This document shows, one piece after another, positions 15,938 through 16,261 of a stretch of DNA of 16,261 nucleotides. Numbering within the stretch: the first letter of the stretch is position 1; the number at the start of each line of letters is the position of its first letter. The translations under genes and the position numbers were made by a program. The notes beneath the pieces are model-generated. The model was not told where the DNA came from. It searched no databases and saw only the letters and a list, made by a program, of their open reading frames with translations. The stretch is from a virus (taxonomy: Duplodnaviria; Heunggongvirae; Uroviricota; Caudoviricetes), in the IMG/VR virus record IMGVR_UViG_2529292919_000026; one strand, written 5' to 3'.

Positions 15938-15944
15938 ACCTTTT
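15899..15944 (-). repeat. second copy of the 46-bp perfect inverted repeat
   Basis: Exact reverse complement of 8685-8730. Confidence 0.9.
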
Positions 15945-15973
15945 TGCTTATCTATATAATCTGAGAGGCAGAA

Positions 15974-16261
15974 ATGATAAAGGACAGGAAAGCTGAAGAG
16001 CTGGAGTCAAAAGGGCTATACCGGAGAGCTGCCGCACGATGGGCAGAAGTCATGATGCTGGCAGATGGCGATAAAGAACGTGAACATGCAGCAAACAGAC
16101 GCTCTGAATGTATCCGTAAGGCGGCACGCCCACCAGCAACTACAGACAGATTCGGAGATTTAAGACAGGCAGTTAAGCGGACTCATTCGGCTCTTGGTAT
16201 GGATGAGGAAGCGAGAGGGTACTTCAGGCGTTATCGCGATAAAGATTGCCAGAGACAGTAA
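15974..16261 (+). CDS. PerC-like small transcriptional regulator (95 aa)
   Basis: N-terminal KAEELESKGLYRRAAARWAEVM resembles the conserved N-terminal signature I recall for PerC/Pch-family activators found on prophages and P4-like islands. GAGAGG Shine-Dalgarno and TATAAT at 15955-15960 upstream. Recalled from memory, not searched. Confidence 0.45.
   Translation: MIKDRKAEELESKGLYRRAAARWAEVMMLADGDKEREHAANRRSECIRKAARPPATTDRFGDLRQAVKRTHSALGMDEEARGYFRRYRDKDCQRQ

Overview
This 16.3-kb window reads as a mosaic mobile-element region from an enterobacterial-type genome, made of three parts. (1) Positions 1-8665 are a satellite/PICI-like early module: an AntA/KilAC-type antirepressor, a run of small translationally coupled genes, and a 919-aa zinc-ribbon/Toprim/DUF927-type primase, followed immediately by an iteron origin. 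A complete IS50 (Tn5)-like insertion sequence at 3742-5291 has split a small gene just upstream of the primase, leaving a 9-bp target-site duplication. (2) Positions 9250-15714 resemble the right arm of a P22-like podovirus: a gene-14-position protein and three ejection-protein-like genes (225, 473 and 701 aa) on the + strand, then a convergent membrane protein at the sieA position, a repeat-rich regulatory region, and a ribbon-helix-helix regulator. No head, tail or tailspike genes are present. (3) This P22-like block is bracketed by two inverted copies of the iteron array (8685-8802 and 15817-15944), whose outer 46 bp are identical. A PerC-like small regulator follows the second copy. The bracketing of a virion-protein/exclusion cassette by inverted origin copies next to a primase is the most unusual thing here and is my main candidate for an undescribed arrangement. 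All product assignments rest on motif recognition and gene order/size from memory, not on database searches.
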